Source of the DNA: Candidatus Bathyarchaeota archaeon
GTDB taxonomy: Archaea > Thermoproteota > Bathyarchaeia > TCS64
DNA length: 64,000 bases
Assembly: GCA_018396695.1 (NCBI GenBank)
Contig: JAGTQU010000004.1
Coordinates: 12,357 to 76,356 of the forward strand
Direction of reading: 5' to 3'
Below are positions 1 to 9,928 of this stretch, piece after piece. The position numbers were made by a program, and so were the translations under genes. Every line of letters starts with the position of its first letter. The stretch's first letter is position 1. A model generated the notes under the pieces. The model was not told where the DNA came from and ran no database searches. It was given only the letters and a program-made list of their open reading frames with translations.

Positions 1-3
1 GCC

Positions 4-540
4 ATGGGCTTCGGAGTAGCCGTAGGGGCGAACGCCATGTTAACCATGATCGGCGAGAGAAATATCCTTCTACCACAGGTAGCGATGACTGAGCTAGCGC
101 TGGTAGGGTTTGTTTTCGCAATCCGGTGGCTCGTGCTCAGCGCCCAGATATTTGACAGCTTCGACGACATCAGAGATGAGTTCAAGAATCGATCCGAGAA
201 AGCAGACGGTGAGGCGGTAACGGAGCTCATCGTCCAAAACATGGCATTCTACAGGGATAACAAGTCGACCATCGAAAAGCTAAAGCTGGGAAGCAGGATC
301 ACGGGGGCTTTCTTCCTGCTGTTAGGTTCTATAGTTGCATTCAATCTTTTAAGCATGGGCTCAATCGCGCTCTTGAACTTGCTGACAGGAACATCTGGGG
401 CCATCCTATGCGTAATCATCGGCATAGTGGGCGTCTACTCCCCTTCCTTTTTCGAACAATACATAAAGATTTGGGACCATCGGCTCATGTATTCCGCTGA
501 AGCCGAGAAGAAGCTAGACAGGATTCTCGAAGGAGAATGA
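4..540 (+). CDS. Hypothetical multi-pass membrane protein (may begin before the window)
   Basis: 178 aa ORF with about 4 hydrophobic segments; tightly coupled to the downstream wHTH gene. Confidence 0.6.
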   Translation: MGFGVAVGANAMLTMIGERNILLPQVAMTELALVGFVFAIRWLVLSAQIFDSFDDIRDEFKNRSEKADGEAVTELIVQNMAFYRDNKSTIEKLKLGSRITGAFFLLLGSIVAFNLLSMGSIALLNLLTGTSGAILCVIIGIVGVYSPSFFEQYIKIWDHRLMYSAEAEKKLDRILEGE

Positions 541-541
541 G

Positions 542-817
542 ATGAAGGGTAAGAGGACACTCTACGAGATCTACTGGGAGATCCTAACCTTCTGCAGGAG
601 CCCAAGAACTTTCACAAGCATAATCCATAGATGCAGCTTGAACTCAAAGATAGGGGAGGAGCACATCGATTTCCTGCTATTCAAAGGATATCTGAGGCGG
701 TTTGAAGAGGAGGAGAGAAGCCTCTACAGGACAACAGATAAGGCTGACGCATTTCTCAACGCATTCAAGGAGATATACCTTGAACTATACAACAAGGCCC
801 CGAGGTTCAAGCTCTAG
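542..817 (+). CDS. Small winged helix-turn-helix protein (archaeal DUF4364/HTH_45-like regulator)
   Basis: RTLYEIYWEIL...TSIIHRCSLN...YRTTDKA pattern typical of small archaeal wHTH proteins. Confidence 0.7.
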   Translation: MKGKRTLYEIYWEILTFCRSPRTFTSIIHRCSLNSKIGEEHIDFLLFKGYLRRFEEEERSLYRTTDKADAFLNAFKEIYLELYNKAPRFKL

Positions 818-881
818 GAGAGTAAGTGAAAACATCTTGATCCATGTTTTGAGGAAACTGTCCGGAAAATCTTTATAGATG

Positions 882-1180
882 GTCGGTGTGCCGGCCGTAA
901 CCCATCTTCTGTTCTAGGCGGCATTCAGCTGAACGGGCTACCCGCGCCTCAGGCGGGAGTTCACAGGCGCTTATTTGCCCTTTCACCCCGCTGGGTCGGT
1001 CGTCTCAACCGATCCCTCGCGTCTTCAACGCTTCAGGCGTATCATCACATCTGCGAGAGGAGGTCTCGTTTCTGTCCGGAGCCAGGGCTCTCACCCTACG
1101 CCTTGCAGCGTCGCGGCCCCACCTGGTGGATGGAGTTTCCTCAAGCCTTAAGCTCGGAAGCCGCCCACCGGCTCACCGAC
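882..1180 (-). ncRNA. rnpB: RNase P RNA, archaeal type A
   Basis: Minus strand has GAGGAAACTCCATC and AACAGAAGATGGGTTAC (P4 strands pair); P1 GTCGGTG.GCCGG/CCGGC.CACCGAC; P2 TGGGCGGC/GCCGCCTA; P8 ACGCT-GCAA-GGCGT is present, so type A. Confidence 0.93.
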
Positions 1181-1330
1181 GTTAAAATATAAACAGTCTC
1201 CTTAGGTATATTGCTTACGCCTTTCCTTCTAAGTGTACCTATTTTTGAAGGATATAACGGTTAACGATCTCTAAATTCGAGATGCTGTAAAGATATAAGG
1301 AAGGGGATGGTTAACCTATAAAGATGGCTA

Positions 1331-2299
1331 TTGTATCAGAAGCCAACGTTTAGGGATATTCTGAGAGCTAGGAAGAGGATCGCTCCATACTTGGCTAAGA
1401 CCCCTCTCCACTACTACGCGAGCCTATCGAAGATCCTGGGATTCGAAGCATATGTGAAGCATGAGAACTTCCAGCCTACAGGCTCTTTCAAGGTCAGGGG
1501 AGGCATAAATCTGATATCTCAATTGACTCCGGAGGAGGGGTCCAGAGGCGTGATAACAGCCTCAACCGGTAACCATGGTCAATCTATCGCTTATGCCGCC
1601 CGGCTCTTCGGAGTGAAGGCGTACATATGCGTCTCAGAGAATGCGAATCCAGATAAAGTTGAATCGATAAAAAATCTAGGGGGTGAGATAATAGCTAAAG
1701 GGAGGGATTTTGAAGACGCCCGGCTCAATGCTGAGAAGCTTGCGAAGGATTACGGTTACCGTTATATTCACAGTGGAAATGAGCCCCATCTGATCTCTGG
1801 GGTTGGAACCATCGCTCTTGAGATCATTGAAGATCTCCCAGATTTGGATGCCATAATAGCTCCGGTTGGAGGGGGCTCACAAGTCGCGGGGATAAGCACC
1901 GTCGTCGAGTCTATAGCCCCTAGCATTGAGGTTATCGCGGTCCAGGCTGAAAAGGCTCCAAGCGTATATCTCAGCTGGAAGGAGGGAAGGATAATCGAAA
2001 CAGACTCCGCTAACACTATTGCGGATGGTTTAGCGACTAGGCGGGCGTTCGAGCTCCCTCTAGAGATCATGCGCGGAAAAGTAGACGACTTCGTCCTCGT
2101 CTCAGAGGAGGAGATTAAAAACGCTATCCGCATGTATGTCGAGAAGGCGCATACTATCGCTGAAGGAGCGGGAGCAGCCCCCCTCGCTGCCGGTCTCAAG
2201 ATCCGGGATAGGCTTCAAGGAAAAAAGGTGGCTCTAATACTTAGCGGAGGAAACTTGACAGCGAACATGCTTCGGGAAATCCTATCAGGCAGGGTCTAA
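1331..2299 (+). CDS. PLP-dependent threonine/serine dehydratase
   Basis: KHENFQPTGSFKVRGG (PLP lysine), STGNHG, PVGGG, AEGAGAA and LSGGN motifs. Confidence 0.9.
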   Translation: MYQKPTFRDILRARKRIAPYLAKTPLHYYASLSKILGFEAYVKHENFQPTGSFKVRGGINLISQLTPEEGSRGVITASTGNHGQSIAYAARLFGVKAYICVSENANPDKVESIKNLGGEIIAKGRDFEDARLNAEKLAKDYGYRYIHSGNEPHLISGVGTIALEIIEDLPDLDAIIAPVGGGSQVAGISTVVESIAPSIEVIAVQAEKAPSVYLSWKEGRIIETDSANTIADGLATRRAFELPLEIMRGKVDDFVLVSEEEIKNAIRMYVEKAHTIAEGAGAAPLAAGLKIRDRLQGKKVALILSGGNLTANMLREILSGRV

Positions 2300-2300
2300 A

Positions 2301-2936
2301 TTGCTCGAGGAGCTGGTGAAGAGGGCTATAGAAGAGTTCAGAGAATACGAAAAGGTTCGTGAAGAGGCGGCTTCAAAGTCGAATAAGGCGAGGATCCTGT
2401 CAAAGCAGGCTATTCTCCTGATCCATAAAGGCGATGTCTCAAAAGCTAGGCAAATGGTAAATGAAGCTAAGAGATTATTAGACGAAGTTTCTTCCTTAGA
2501 CGCACGGTTCGAAATGAATGGATTAGGCGATGTTCAATCCGCTTGGGAGGAGTATGCTGAAGCCTCCATACTCCATCATCTCAAGGGCTCCTCGACCTAT
2601 CCTTCTCCGGAAGAGATCGGGGTCTCGTTTAAAAACTACCTTCTAGGTCTCGGCGACGTCGTCGGAGAGCTCCGAAGAAGCGTGTTAGATAGCCTCCGAG
2701 TTGGTGATCATGTTAAAGCCGAATTCGAATTCGAACTCATGGAGGAGATATACCTCAACCTATTATCGATGGAGGAAGCACAGTTAATGTTGAAGGGGTT
2801 AAGGAGAAAAATGGATGTAGCCAGATCAGTTATAGAAAACACGAGGGGAGAACTTACTGCCGAGATTGGGAGGCAGCGTCTCAGTAAGCATATAGAGCGA
2901 ATTTCTCGTAATCTGATTCATCAGCCGTCGGAATGA
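2301..2936 (+). CDS. Translin/TRAX family RNA-binding endonuclease (archaeal C3PO-like)
   Basis: EEYAEA and GLGDVVGELRR acidic catalytic motifs; all-helical, about 210 aa. Confidence 0.85.
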   Translation: MLEELVKRAIEEFREYEKVREEAASKSNKARILSKQAILLIHKGDVSKARQMVNEAKRLLDEVSSLDARFEMNGLGDVQSAWEEYAEASILHHLKGSSTYPSPEEIGVSFKNYLLGLGDVVGELRRSVLDSLRVGDHVKAEFEFELMEEIYLNLLSMEEAQLMLKGLRRKMDVARSVIENTRGELTAEIGRQRLSKHIERISRNLIHQPSE

Positions 2937-2986
2937 AACATTTACCAGTCTAAAATGGTTCAACCTAGCTTTAGGAGGGGATACTC

Positions 2987-3826
2987 ATGGAGTTTAAGAG
3001 GCTGGATGATGGTGTAGAGATACCTGTCCTCGGATTAGGAACTTGGACGATGGGGGGAAGTCATTCAGCTGATAGGTCATTAGATAATTTATGGGTCTCA
3101 GTGATTAGATCAGCGATAGAATTAGGGTTTACACATATAGATACGGCTGAGATGTATGGTGGAGGTCACTGCGAGGAGATTGTAGGCGAAGCGGTGGAAC
3201 CCTTCAGGAGGAGAGACCTCTTCATTACGACGAAAGTCTGGAAGGACCATCTGAAGCATGACGATCTCAAAAATGCTCTTAGAGGAAGCCTAAGACGCTT
3301 AGGCGTTGAATACGTTGACCTTTATCTTATCCACTGGCCGAATCCTGCCATTCCCCTGAAGGAGACTATGACAGCGCTTGAAGAATCTGCTAGGGAAGGG
3401 TTAACCCGATTCATAGGCGTGAGTAATTTCTCAGCTGCTCTAATGGATGAAGCTCAATCCTATTTGAAGGATGAGCGATTAATAGCTAACCAGGTCGAAT
3501 ACAGTTTAAAGCATCAGTCTCCTAGAGGAGAACTCCTGCCATACTGTATTAGGAACAATGTCACCCTTATCGCTTACACGCCGTTAGCTAAAGGCGACTT
3601 AGCTAGGTGGGGGCATAATGTTCTAGATGAGATGGCTGAGAAATATGGAAAAACTCCTAGCCAAGTATCTCTAAACTGGCTGATCTCGCAAGATAGGGTG
3701 GTCGCTATTCCGAAGGCGTCCAAGCTTGAACACTTAAAGGATAATCTTGGAGCGATTGGTTGGAGGCTTAGCAGGGAAGACCATGAAAAGTTGACTAAGG
3801 CATTTAAAAAGTCTACAACTGAATGA
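2987..3826 (+). CDS. Aldo/keto reductase
   Basis: LGLGTW, IDTAEMYG, LFITTKV, YVDLYLIHWP, IGVSNF and NQVEYS motifs. Confidence 0.93.
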   Translation: MEFKRLDDGVEIPVLGLGTWTMGGSHSADRSLDNLWVSVIRSAIELGFTHIDTAEMYGGGHCEEIVGEAVEPFRRRDLFITTKVWKDHLKHDDLKNALRGSLRRLGVEYVDLYLIHWPNPAIPLKETMTALEESAREGLTRFIGVSNFSAALMDEAQSYLKDERLIANQVEYSLKHQSPRGELLPYCIRNNVTLIAYTPLAKGDLARWGHNVLDEMAEKYGKTPSQVSLNWLISQDRVVAIPKASKLEHLKDNLGAIGWRLSREDHEKLTKAFKKSTTE

Positions 3827-3884
3827 AACGATTGTTCTAAACTGTAGTATTATAGGATTTGACTGCTGAGTTGAATAGACGGCT

Positions 3885-4367
3885 ATGAAAAGAAAATTCA
3901 TCATCCTGGTTATTGCAGTCTTGATAATCGGAGTAACTTACAGTATAACGGTTTATTTTCAGCCTAAACCCATCACTCTCAGTGGCTCCATGTTTGTGAG
4001 TGACGCGGGCAGATCACATGGAGGCTTCGAGTATAATGCGGAATGGAATGCTACTCTAAATATTCAAGGATCAAGGGGAAGCCTAGACCTCGTCCTAAAT
4101 ATTGGTCTTGGAGATGCTTTAACGAAACATCATTACGATGTCACCGAGTTTAAAATGGATGAGAAAAAGATAACTATGAAGATCGAGGGAGAAATGGTGA
4201 CCCTGATTCTGGTTGAGGTGGATGAAATATGGGATCACGCCTTCGATGGTTTTTACATCGCATCTTGGGGGGGAGATGCTCCACCTGAGGAAATAAGGGG
4301 AACCATCAAACCTTTAATCTTCCAAGGATTAGTGGACCACTATTACATAGAACTTCGGCTCCGATAA
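3885..4367 (+). CDS. Hypothetical membrane-anchored/secreted protein
   Basis: N-terminal KRK followed by a hydrophobic anchor; beta-rich body; no recognised family. Confidence 0.65.
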   Translation: MKRKFIILVIAVLIIGVTYSITVYFQPKPITLSGSMFVSDAGRSHGGFEYNAEWNATLNIQGSRGSLDLVLNIGLGDALTKHHYDVTEFKMDEKKITMKIEGEMVTLILVEVDEIWDHAFDGFYIASWGGDAPPEEIRGTIKPLIFQGLVDHYYIELRLR

Positions 4368-4402
4368 TCTTCAATTTCAAGTTTTTCTATTATTAGATCA
4401 TC

Positions 4403-5134
4403 ATGTTAATTGATGCTCATATGCACCTTGGAAAATACGGAGAACGAGATTTTGAAGAACGGCTGGTCGGCATATCAGCCGAACAGATCCTTGAAGTCCT
4501 TGAGCATAATGGGGTAGATAAGGCTGTCGTGGTGCCTATGTCTTCAAGCCTTAAATATATGCCATGTATCGGAAAGGCGGTTGAGAGACACTCTAATTTG
4601 ATAGGACTCATCTGGATAGATCCTCGAAAGTTTAGGAGAATAGACAACATTCTAAAACTATTTAGCTGTGGACAGTTCCACGGATTTAAACTAAGGCCAG
4701 AGAGTGAAAAATATAATATTGGTAATATTAACCTCCTTGAGCCTTTGATGAAGGCTGCTGAAAAGCTAGACGCGCCTGTATACATCCACTCTTCTCAAGA
4801 AAGCCCTCTATCCTCTCCGCTCCTTATTGCAAGACTGGCTGATTTTTTCCCTAGAGTAACTATAATTATGGGCCATATGGGAGGATGCTCTCTAGAAGCG
4901 TTCCTGGTAGCCGAAAAACACCCGAACATTTTTCTCGAGACTTCTGGAGTGAGAGACCCTAGACTAATCCAATATGCTGTTAATAGACTGGGGGCTGAAA
5001 GAGTGCTTTTCGGCTCAGATTATCCTTATCTAAGCCTCAAAAAGGAGAAGGCTAAGATTGAGTGCCTTAAATTGCCAGAAGAGGATAAACGACTAATCAT
5101 GGGAAGGAACGCTACAAGAATATTTGAGCTTTAA
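4403..5134 (+). CDS. Amidohydrolase family 2 (TIM-barrel metallohydrolase)
   Basis: IDAHMH, VYIH, GHMG, FLETS and LFGSDYP motifs. Confidence 0.9.
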   Translation: MLIDAHMHLGKYGERDFEERLVGISAEQILEVLEHNGVDKAVVVPMSSSLKYMPCIGKAVERHSNLIGLIWIDPRKFRRIDNILKLFSCGQFHGFKLRPESEKYNIGNINLLEPLMKAAEKLDAPVYIHSSQESPLSSPLLIARLADFFPRVTIIMGHMGGCSLEAFLVAEKHPNIFLETSGVRDPRLIQYAVNRLGAERVLFGSDYPYLSLKKEKAKIECLKLPEEDKRLIMGRNATRIFEL

Positions 5135-5165
5135 AAACAGTCTAGATAGAGACGTCTACGCATGT

Positions 5166-5705
5166 TTAAGTTTTTCTAAATTTCCTAAATATTAATGCAA
5201 TCAGTTTTGAGAGGAGACTAGGCTTAATCTCAACCGAATATACGTGTTTGATGAGGGCTTCTGCAAGATCTTCCGCCTTATCATACTCTTTATCTATGTA
5301 AAGCTTCGAGGGAGTAAGGGTAGCTACGGTTCTACCGTGTTTTACGAACTCTAGCCCCGCTTCTACAAACATATCTGGCTTGTAATGGGGAATCCTTGGA
5401 GCATCTCTAACTTCTTCGATGTCAAACATACGGTAAGCCACATCCTCAATCTTTTTGAATGTCTCAGAATCAAATCTTATCCTTGGAAGGTTTGAGATAA
5501 TGAAATCTTCCTCAGAGACGGAAGCATGAAGAAACGATCCCCTAAATAATTTAGGCAGCTCATCAGACTTCTCTGAAAGGCTTAAGGTTATAGGTCTCCT
5601 CCGAAACTCTGTTTCTAAGACAGTAAAAGGGATGCTACGATGCCTCTTCTCTAGTTCCGATATCCTCCTCTTCATTTCGCGAATTAGAGAGGCCAATGGT
5701 CTCAA
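5166..5705 (-). CDS. Hypothetical protein
   Basis: 179 aa ORF filling the gap between genes, natural amino-acid composition. Confidence 0.6.
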   Translation of the reverse strand: MRPLASLIREMKRRISELEKRHRSIPFTVLETEFRRRPITLSLSEKSDELPKLFRGSFLHASVSEEDFIISNLPRIRFDSETFKKIEDVAYRMFDIEEVRDAPRIPHYKPDMFVEAGLEFVKHGRTVATLTPSKLYIDKEYDKAEDLAEALIKHVYSVEIKPSLLSKLIALIFRKFRKT

Positions 5706-5819
5706 TTTAAAACTCTGAGAAAGGCCCTTATATTGTCTATTGCAATTTGGATTCTCAGATAACCTAAATCATAAGTTGAAAATTAATTCTTTGATGGCAT
5801 AATTAACGATGTTAAAAGT

Positions 5820-7097
5820 TTACAAAACTTCTTCTTCGTATCTCCTAGGCTTGAAATGCCACTCGAAGAAGCTTGCAGCAGATAATAGAAAGAAGGACGA
5901 GAGGAGAAACGTTAAAGAATAACTGAAATAGAATGAAACGCCCCCAGAGAGGATAGAGCCTAGGAACATTGCGACGCTGTTAAGAGAACTATAGACGCCT
6001 AGAGTGCTACCATGTTTCCCTGAAGGGAGGCATCTATAGAGTAAAGCGTTCAATCCGATCGTGAAATTCGTGTAGGCTATTCCTAAGAGTAAGTAGATGA
6101 GTATGGTGACATATAAGATACTTCTACCGGTGAAATAGGTGCTAGCTATAGCTCCAAAAAGGAAGGCAATAGCTCTGAGGGTAAGGAATTCTACGATAAC
6201 TCCAGGATCCCCTCTTTTACTGATCTCTTTAAAGGGATTTGAAGAAGCCAATCCATTGATAACTGTGATGAAAAGGTCTAGCCCGACAATCTCGAAGTAA
6301 GAGAGGTTATTCAACTTTAGAAATGGAGTATAGGAAGTGAAGAATAGATTCGCCCCAAGGAAGAAGAAAGTGCTGACTAACATGATTATTGGAACATCCC
6401 TTGTGAGTCCATGCTTCAGCTCCTTTATTAGATGTCTGAAATCCAGGGTTCTTGGGATCCTGAAAATGATGACTGGTAATTGGATCAAACGATTTATGAA
6501 TGCTTCAGGGCTGAACACTATAGCCCGCCTCTCCAAAGTTATTTGAGGGTTTCTAGTTAAAGCAAGACTCAAGATAAGTGTTGTGATCGAGAATAATACT
6601 GGCAAGAAACCCATGGTCCTCAGAGGTAGAAAAAGGAGTGTCGCAACGCTTAATGTAAGCCCCGTTACAGACCCGTAGATCATGTATCTGAACGAGTATG
6701 CGCTTCCATCGCCCCAACTCTCCTTTGGATACGTCTCCATTAAGAGGAGGCTGAAGATAGGTGGGGCGAAAGAGTAAAAGAATGAGAAAGTAGCAAATAG
6801 AATAGTTATTACTGGAATGCTCGTAGAGAAGAATAAGGGGATTAGTGAAAGCAGTTGTCCGAGGGAGCAAAAAATTAGGATAGGTTTTCTCTTCCCAAGA
6901 TAGTCTGCGAATCTTCCTCCTATGTATGCTGAAGGTATAAGAGCTATATTGTATGCGGATACGGCTAAACTAACATCGATAACGCTTCCGCCTAAATCGA
7001 GGATAAGGAGGCGTATAAAACTGCCCGCCGAACTGTTTATGGCATAGAAGGGGATAATTGTGTAGAGCCATTTCGGTTTCTCTATCTTCCCGCTCAA
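5820..7097 (-). CDS. MFS transporter
   Basis: About 12 TM segments; GGRFADYLGKRK motif A in the TM2-3 loop. Confidence 0.88.
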   Translation of the reverse strand: MSGKIEKPKWLYTIIPFYAINSSAGSFIRLLILDLGGSVIDVSLAVSAYNIALIPSAYIGGRFADYLGKRKPILIFCSLGQLLSLIPLFFSTSIPVITILFATFSFFYSFAPPIFSLLLMETYPKESWGDGSAYSFRYMIYGSVTGLTLSVATLLFLPLRTMGFLPVLFSITTLILSLALTRNPQITLERRAIVFSPEAFINRLIQLPVIIFRIPRTLDFRHLIKELKHGLTRDVPIIMLVSTFFFLGANLFFTSYTPFLKLNNLSYFEIVGLDLFITVINGLASSNPFKEISKRGDPGVIVEFLTLRAIAFLFGAIASTYFTGRSILYVTILIYLLLGIAYTNFTIGLNALLYRCLPSGKHGSTLGVYSSLNSVAMFLGSILSGGVSFYFSYSLTFLLSSFFLLSAASFFEWHFKPRRYEEEVL

Positions 7098-7163
7098 TCT
7101 TTAAATTACCCCTTCTTTAGTATTCGCTTATGATGCTCATTGATTTATAAGGGTTGATGAAGT

Positions 7164-8825
7164 CTGAAACGCTCCAGCTTTTTCTGGTGGCTAACTCCCA
7201 TAACTGGAGGAATAATAACAGGGGTTGCAGCCTCCGTCATAAACCATGTAATATTTAGAGGGTGGAGCGCCTTCAGCGAAGACGCTATTAAAACACCCAC
7301 TTTATACTTCATCTTCTCAATAACCGGATTAGCTCTCTCATATTTTCTCATTCACCTCCTAGCTTGGTATCGAACCCCGAAAAGCAGTTTCCATACTATT
7401 CTAGAATCCTACCATCTCACCCCCTATGGAATAACCTTGAAAGAATCCCTCGTAAAAACTGCTTCCGCAGTATCGACCGCGGTCTTCGGAGGTTCATCTG
7501 GTCCTGAAGGGGCTTCAGCGATTCTAGGTGGAGGTCTACTCGTTTGGGCTTCCAAGATCTTTAAATCAAAGATCGAGCCTCGCAAGGCTTTATTAATTGG
7601 AGTAGCTGCAGGGATATCCGCCACTTTTAAGACTCCTCTAGCGGGAGCTTTGTTCGCGTTAGAGCTTCCTTATAGGAGAGACATAGAGATCGAACCATTC
7701 ATAAACGCGGTCCTAGCTTCTTCTTCTGCCTATCTAGTCTCCGTGGTGCTCAATTCCCCTCCCCTTCTAAATATACATCTCGAGGTAATCGAGCCTCCTT
7801 TATTTATCCTTCCCGTCTCAATGGTTTTCGGCTTCGTTACCGGAGGCGTTGTTTATCTGTTTACCAATGCATACAGGTTAGGCGAGACTTCCTCCAAGAA
7901 GATGCTTTCGAGGGGCGGATACCCCTTCATGATTTTAATCGGAGGAACTATCTTAGGCGTCATAGGCTTTCTCGATCCCAATTCGATGGGTCCAGGACAC
8001 CAACTAATAACGTTTTTAGGTAATGCTTCGTTCACGTCTCTAATTCTGATCCTCCTCTTAAAACCTATCTGTACAATAGTCACGATGAACTTTGGAGGTT
8101 CCGGAGGGCTATTATACCAGACAATAATTATTGGCGGAGCATGGGGTGCCTTAGTAAGCTCGATTTTTGCACCTCAACTTCTTCCATTGTTCATATTGAT
8201 GGGTATGTCTTCTTTCTCCTCAGGCGTCCATAAAACCATATTGGCACCCATAATATTCATTGCTGAAGCCTTTGGAACAGAGTCCATGATACCCGTTATC
8301 CTTGCCACCGTAATCTGCTACTTTATAGTAAGCTCAACAATATTCTATCCTGTCCAGCCTTTAACGAAGACTGTTGAGGAGGAACTTGCTTTAGAGCGGT
8401 TCTATTATAAAGTGATACGAGCAAAACCAAAAGAGCTTGACAAAATCAAAGTCTCAGATGTTATGACTCCAAATCCTATTCGCCTTAGATCCGAGATCAC
8501 CGTAAAGGAAGCTTTTGAGGAGTTTTCAAAGACATCTTTCAGAATTATGCCAGTTGTTGATGAATATAGCAAACTTATAGGGTATGTGAAGCTCGAGGAG
8601 TTAGCACACCTTTCAATGGTATCTTTTGATAAACGCATAGATGAAGTCAGCCTCCATAAGCCTTTGACTTTAGAAAAGGATGAAAAAATTAGAGGAGTGA
8701 TTGAAAAAATGATAGAAAACTCTATTGATCACGCTTTCGTTATAGATGATCAGCATCAACTCATTGGAATAGTCTCAGACATAGACTTAGTCAGGATTCT
8801 GCTACGATACTATACTAACTTATAA
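7164..8825 (+). CDS. ClC-family chloride channel/transporter with C-terminal CBS pair; start extended upstream of the ORF track call (7437)
   Basis: GPEGA gating motif, FKTPLAGALFALE and two CBS domains; frame is open from 7161 and encodes ClC-like helices B-C, but has no ATG/GTG/TTG before 7437 (CTG at 7164). Confidence 0.85.
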   Translation: MKRSSFFWWLTPITGGIITGVAASVINHVIFRGWSAFSEDAIKTPTLYFIFSITGLALSYFLIHLLAWYRTPKSSFHTILESYHLTPYGITLKESLVKTASAVSTAVFGGSSGPEGASAILGGGLLVWASKIFKSKIEPRKALLIGVAAGISATFKTPLAGALFALELPYRRDIEIEPFINAVLASSSAYLVSVVLNSPPLLNIHLEVIEPPLFILPVSMVFGFVTGGVVYLFTNAYRLGETSSKKMLSRGGYPFMILIGGTILGVIGFLDPNSMGPGHQLITFLGNASFTSLILILLLKPICTIVTMNFGGSGGLLYQTIIIGGAWGALVSSIFAPQLLPLFILMGMSSFSSGVHKTILAPIIFIAEAFGTESMIPVILATVICYFIVSSTIFYPVQPLTKTVEEELALERFYYKVIRAKPKELDKIKVSDVMTPNPIRLRSEITVKEAFEEFSKTSFRIMPVVDEYSKLIGYVKLEELAHLSMVSFDKRIDEVSLHKPLTLEKDEKIRGVIEKMIENSIDHAFVIDDQHQLIGIVSDIDLVRILLRYYTNL

Positions 8826-8836
8826 AAAGGATTTAA

Positions 8837-9863
8837 CTCGTCACATTCAGAAAAGACCATCCTGAACCAGTTGAAGCAGGGCTAAAATATTTTGTGATGG
8901 GCGCCTAGCTTAACGATCATCTTCTTCGGAATGGCGTTTCTCTATGGAATGGCTGGAACCGTTAACTTCGCATAAGTATCAGCCGTAATCCGCGGTCAAC
9001 CGTTAAATCTCTGGCTACTCTTAGTCTTCACAACATTTTTGATAGGTTTCGGAATAAAAACCGCGGTCGTCTCATTACATATTTGGTTGCCTGATGCGCA
9101 TCCTGAGGCTCCAAGCTCTATCAGCGCCATGCTTTCAGGTTTGCTGATAGAAACTGGTCTCTACGCTTTAACGAGGGTTTTCTTCATAACCTTTGAACCC
9201 TCAATATTCCAGTCAACTATCGCTATTTTAGCAGCTTTAACCATGACCTTTACGAATATACTGGCTATTCTACAGAAAGATATTAAAAGAATGCTTGCCT
9301 ACTCCAGCATCTCTCAAATCGGTTACATGCTTGTGGGTCTCTCTTCTGGAAGAGTTTACGGGATCTTAGGAATGCTTTTACATGTTTTTAATCACTCTCT
9401 TATGAAGAGGCTTGCCTTCCTGAGCTCGGGTTCCATAGTCCACATGACTGGGACGAGGGACATAAATAAGCTGAAAGGTATAGGGCAGATGATGCCGTAT
9501 ACAACTTTAAGCCTCTTCATATCTTTCCTAGGGCTCGGAGGGGTACCTACGACTAACGGGTTTGTAAGTAATTCATACTCTTCGGATCATCCGCCGAGGT
9601 TCGTAACTGGTGGCTTCTAATCCTAGGTGTTCTGAATAGCGCGTTCTCGATGGGTTACTATCTCCGCTTCATGAAAACCCTTATCACCGAGTCATCTGAT
9701 GAGGTTAAAAATGTTAAGGAAGCTTCCAAGTTGATGGTCTTGGTATCCCTTATCATGGCTACTCTTCGGAATCTGGCCTGAACCGATATTGATTCATGCT
9801 GAACGCGCGTCTAATGCCCTTGTAAATGGGTTAAAAAGTTATGTTCGAGAGGCATTTTCTTGA
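8837..9863 (+). pseudogene. nuoN: Decayed complex I subunit NuoN-like gene, 5'-truncated
   Basis: EAGLKYFVMGA, HIWLPDAHPEAP, KRMLAYSSISQIGY and NSAFSMGYYLR motifs; TAG at 8906, frameshift near 8910, TAA at 8973, frameshifts near 9570 and 9765. Confidence 0.88.
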
Positions 9864-9880
9864 ACTTTAAACGTAAATCC

Positions 9881-9888
9881 TTTATATG
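9881..9888 (+). promoter_or_regulatory. Candidate TATA box for nuoL-M-M
   Basis: TTTATATG about 45 nt upstream of the nuoL TTG, followed by purine-rich GAGAGG before the start. Confidence 0.4.
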
Positions 9889-9928
9889 AATTAGAAAAGT
9901 TAAAGGAGATATCTGAGAGGTCGATCTG

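Noticed and set aside
850-864. GAGGAAACTG on the plus strand resembling the RNase P P4 motif
   Set aside because: No partner strand or RNase P structure around it; coincidental.
8900-8980. Possible recoding (Pyl/Sec readthrough) of in-frame stops in nuoN, coxL (38074), coxS and AKR (34349)
   Set aside because: The stops are a mix of TAG, TAA and TGA and co-occur with frameshifts and truncations; ordinary genes in the window terminate normally at all three codons.
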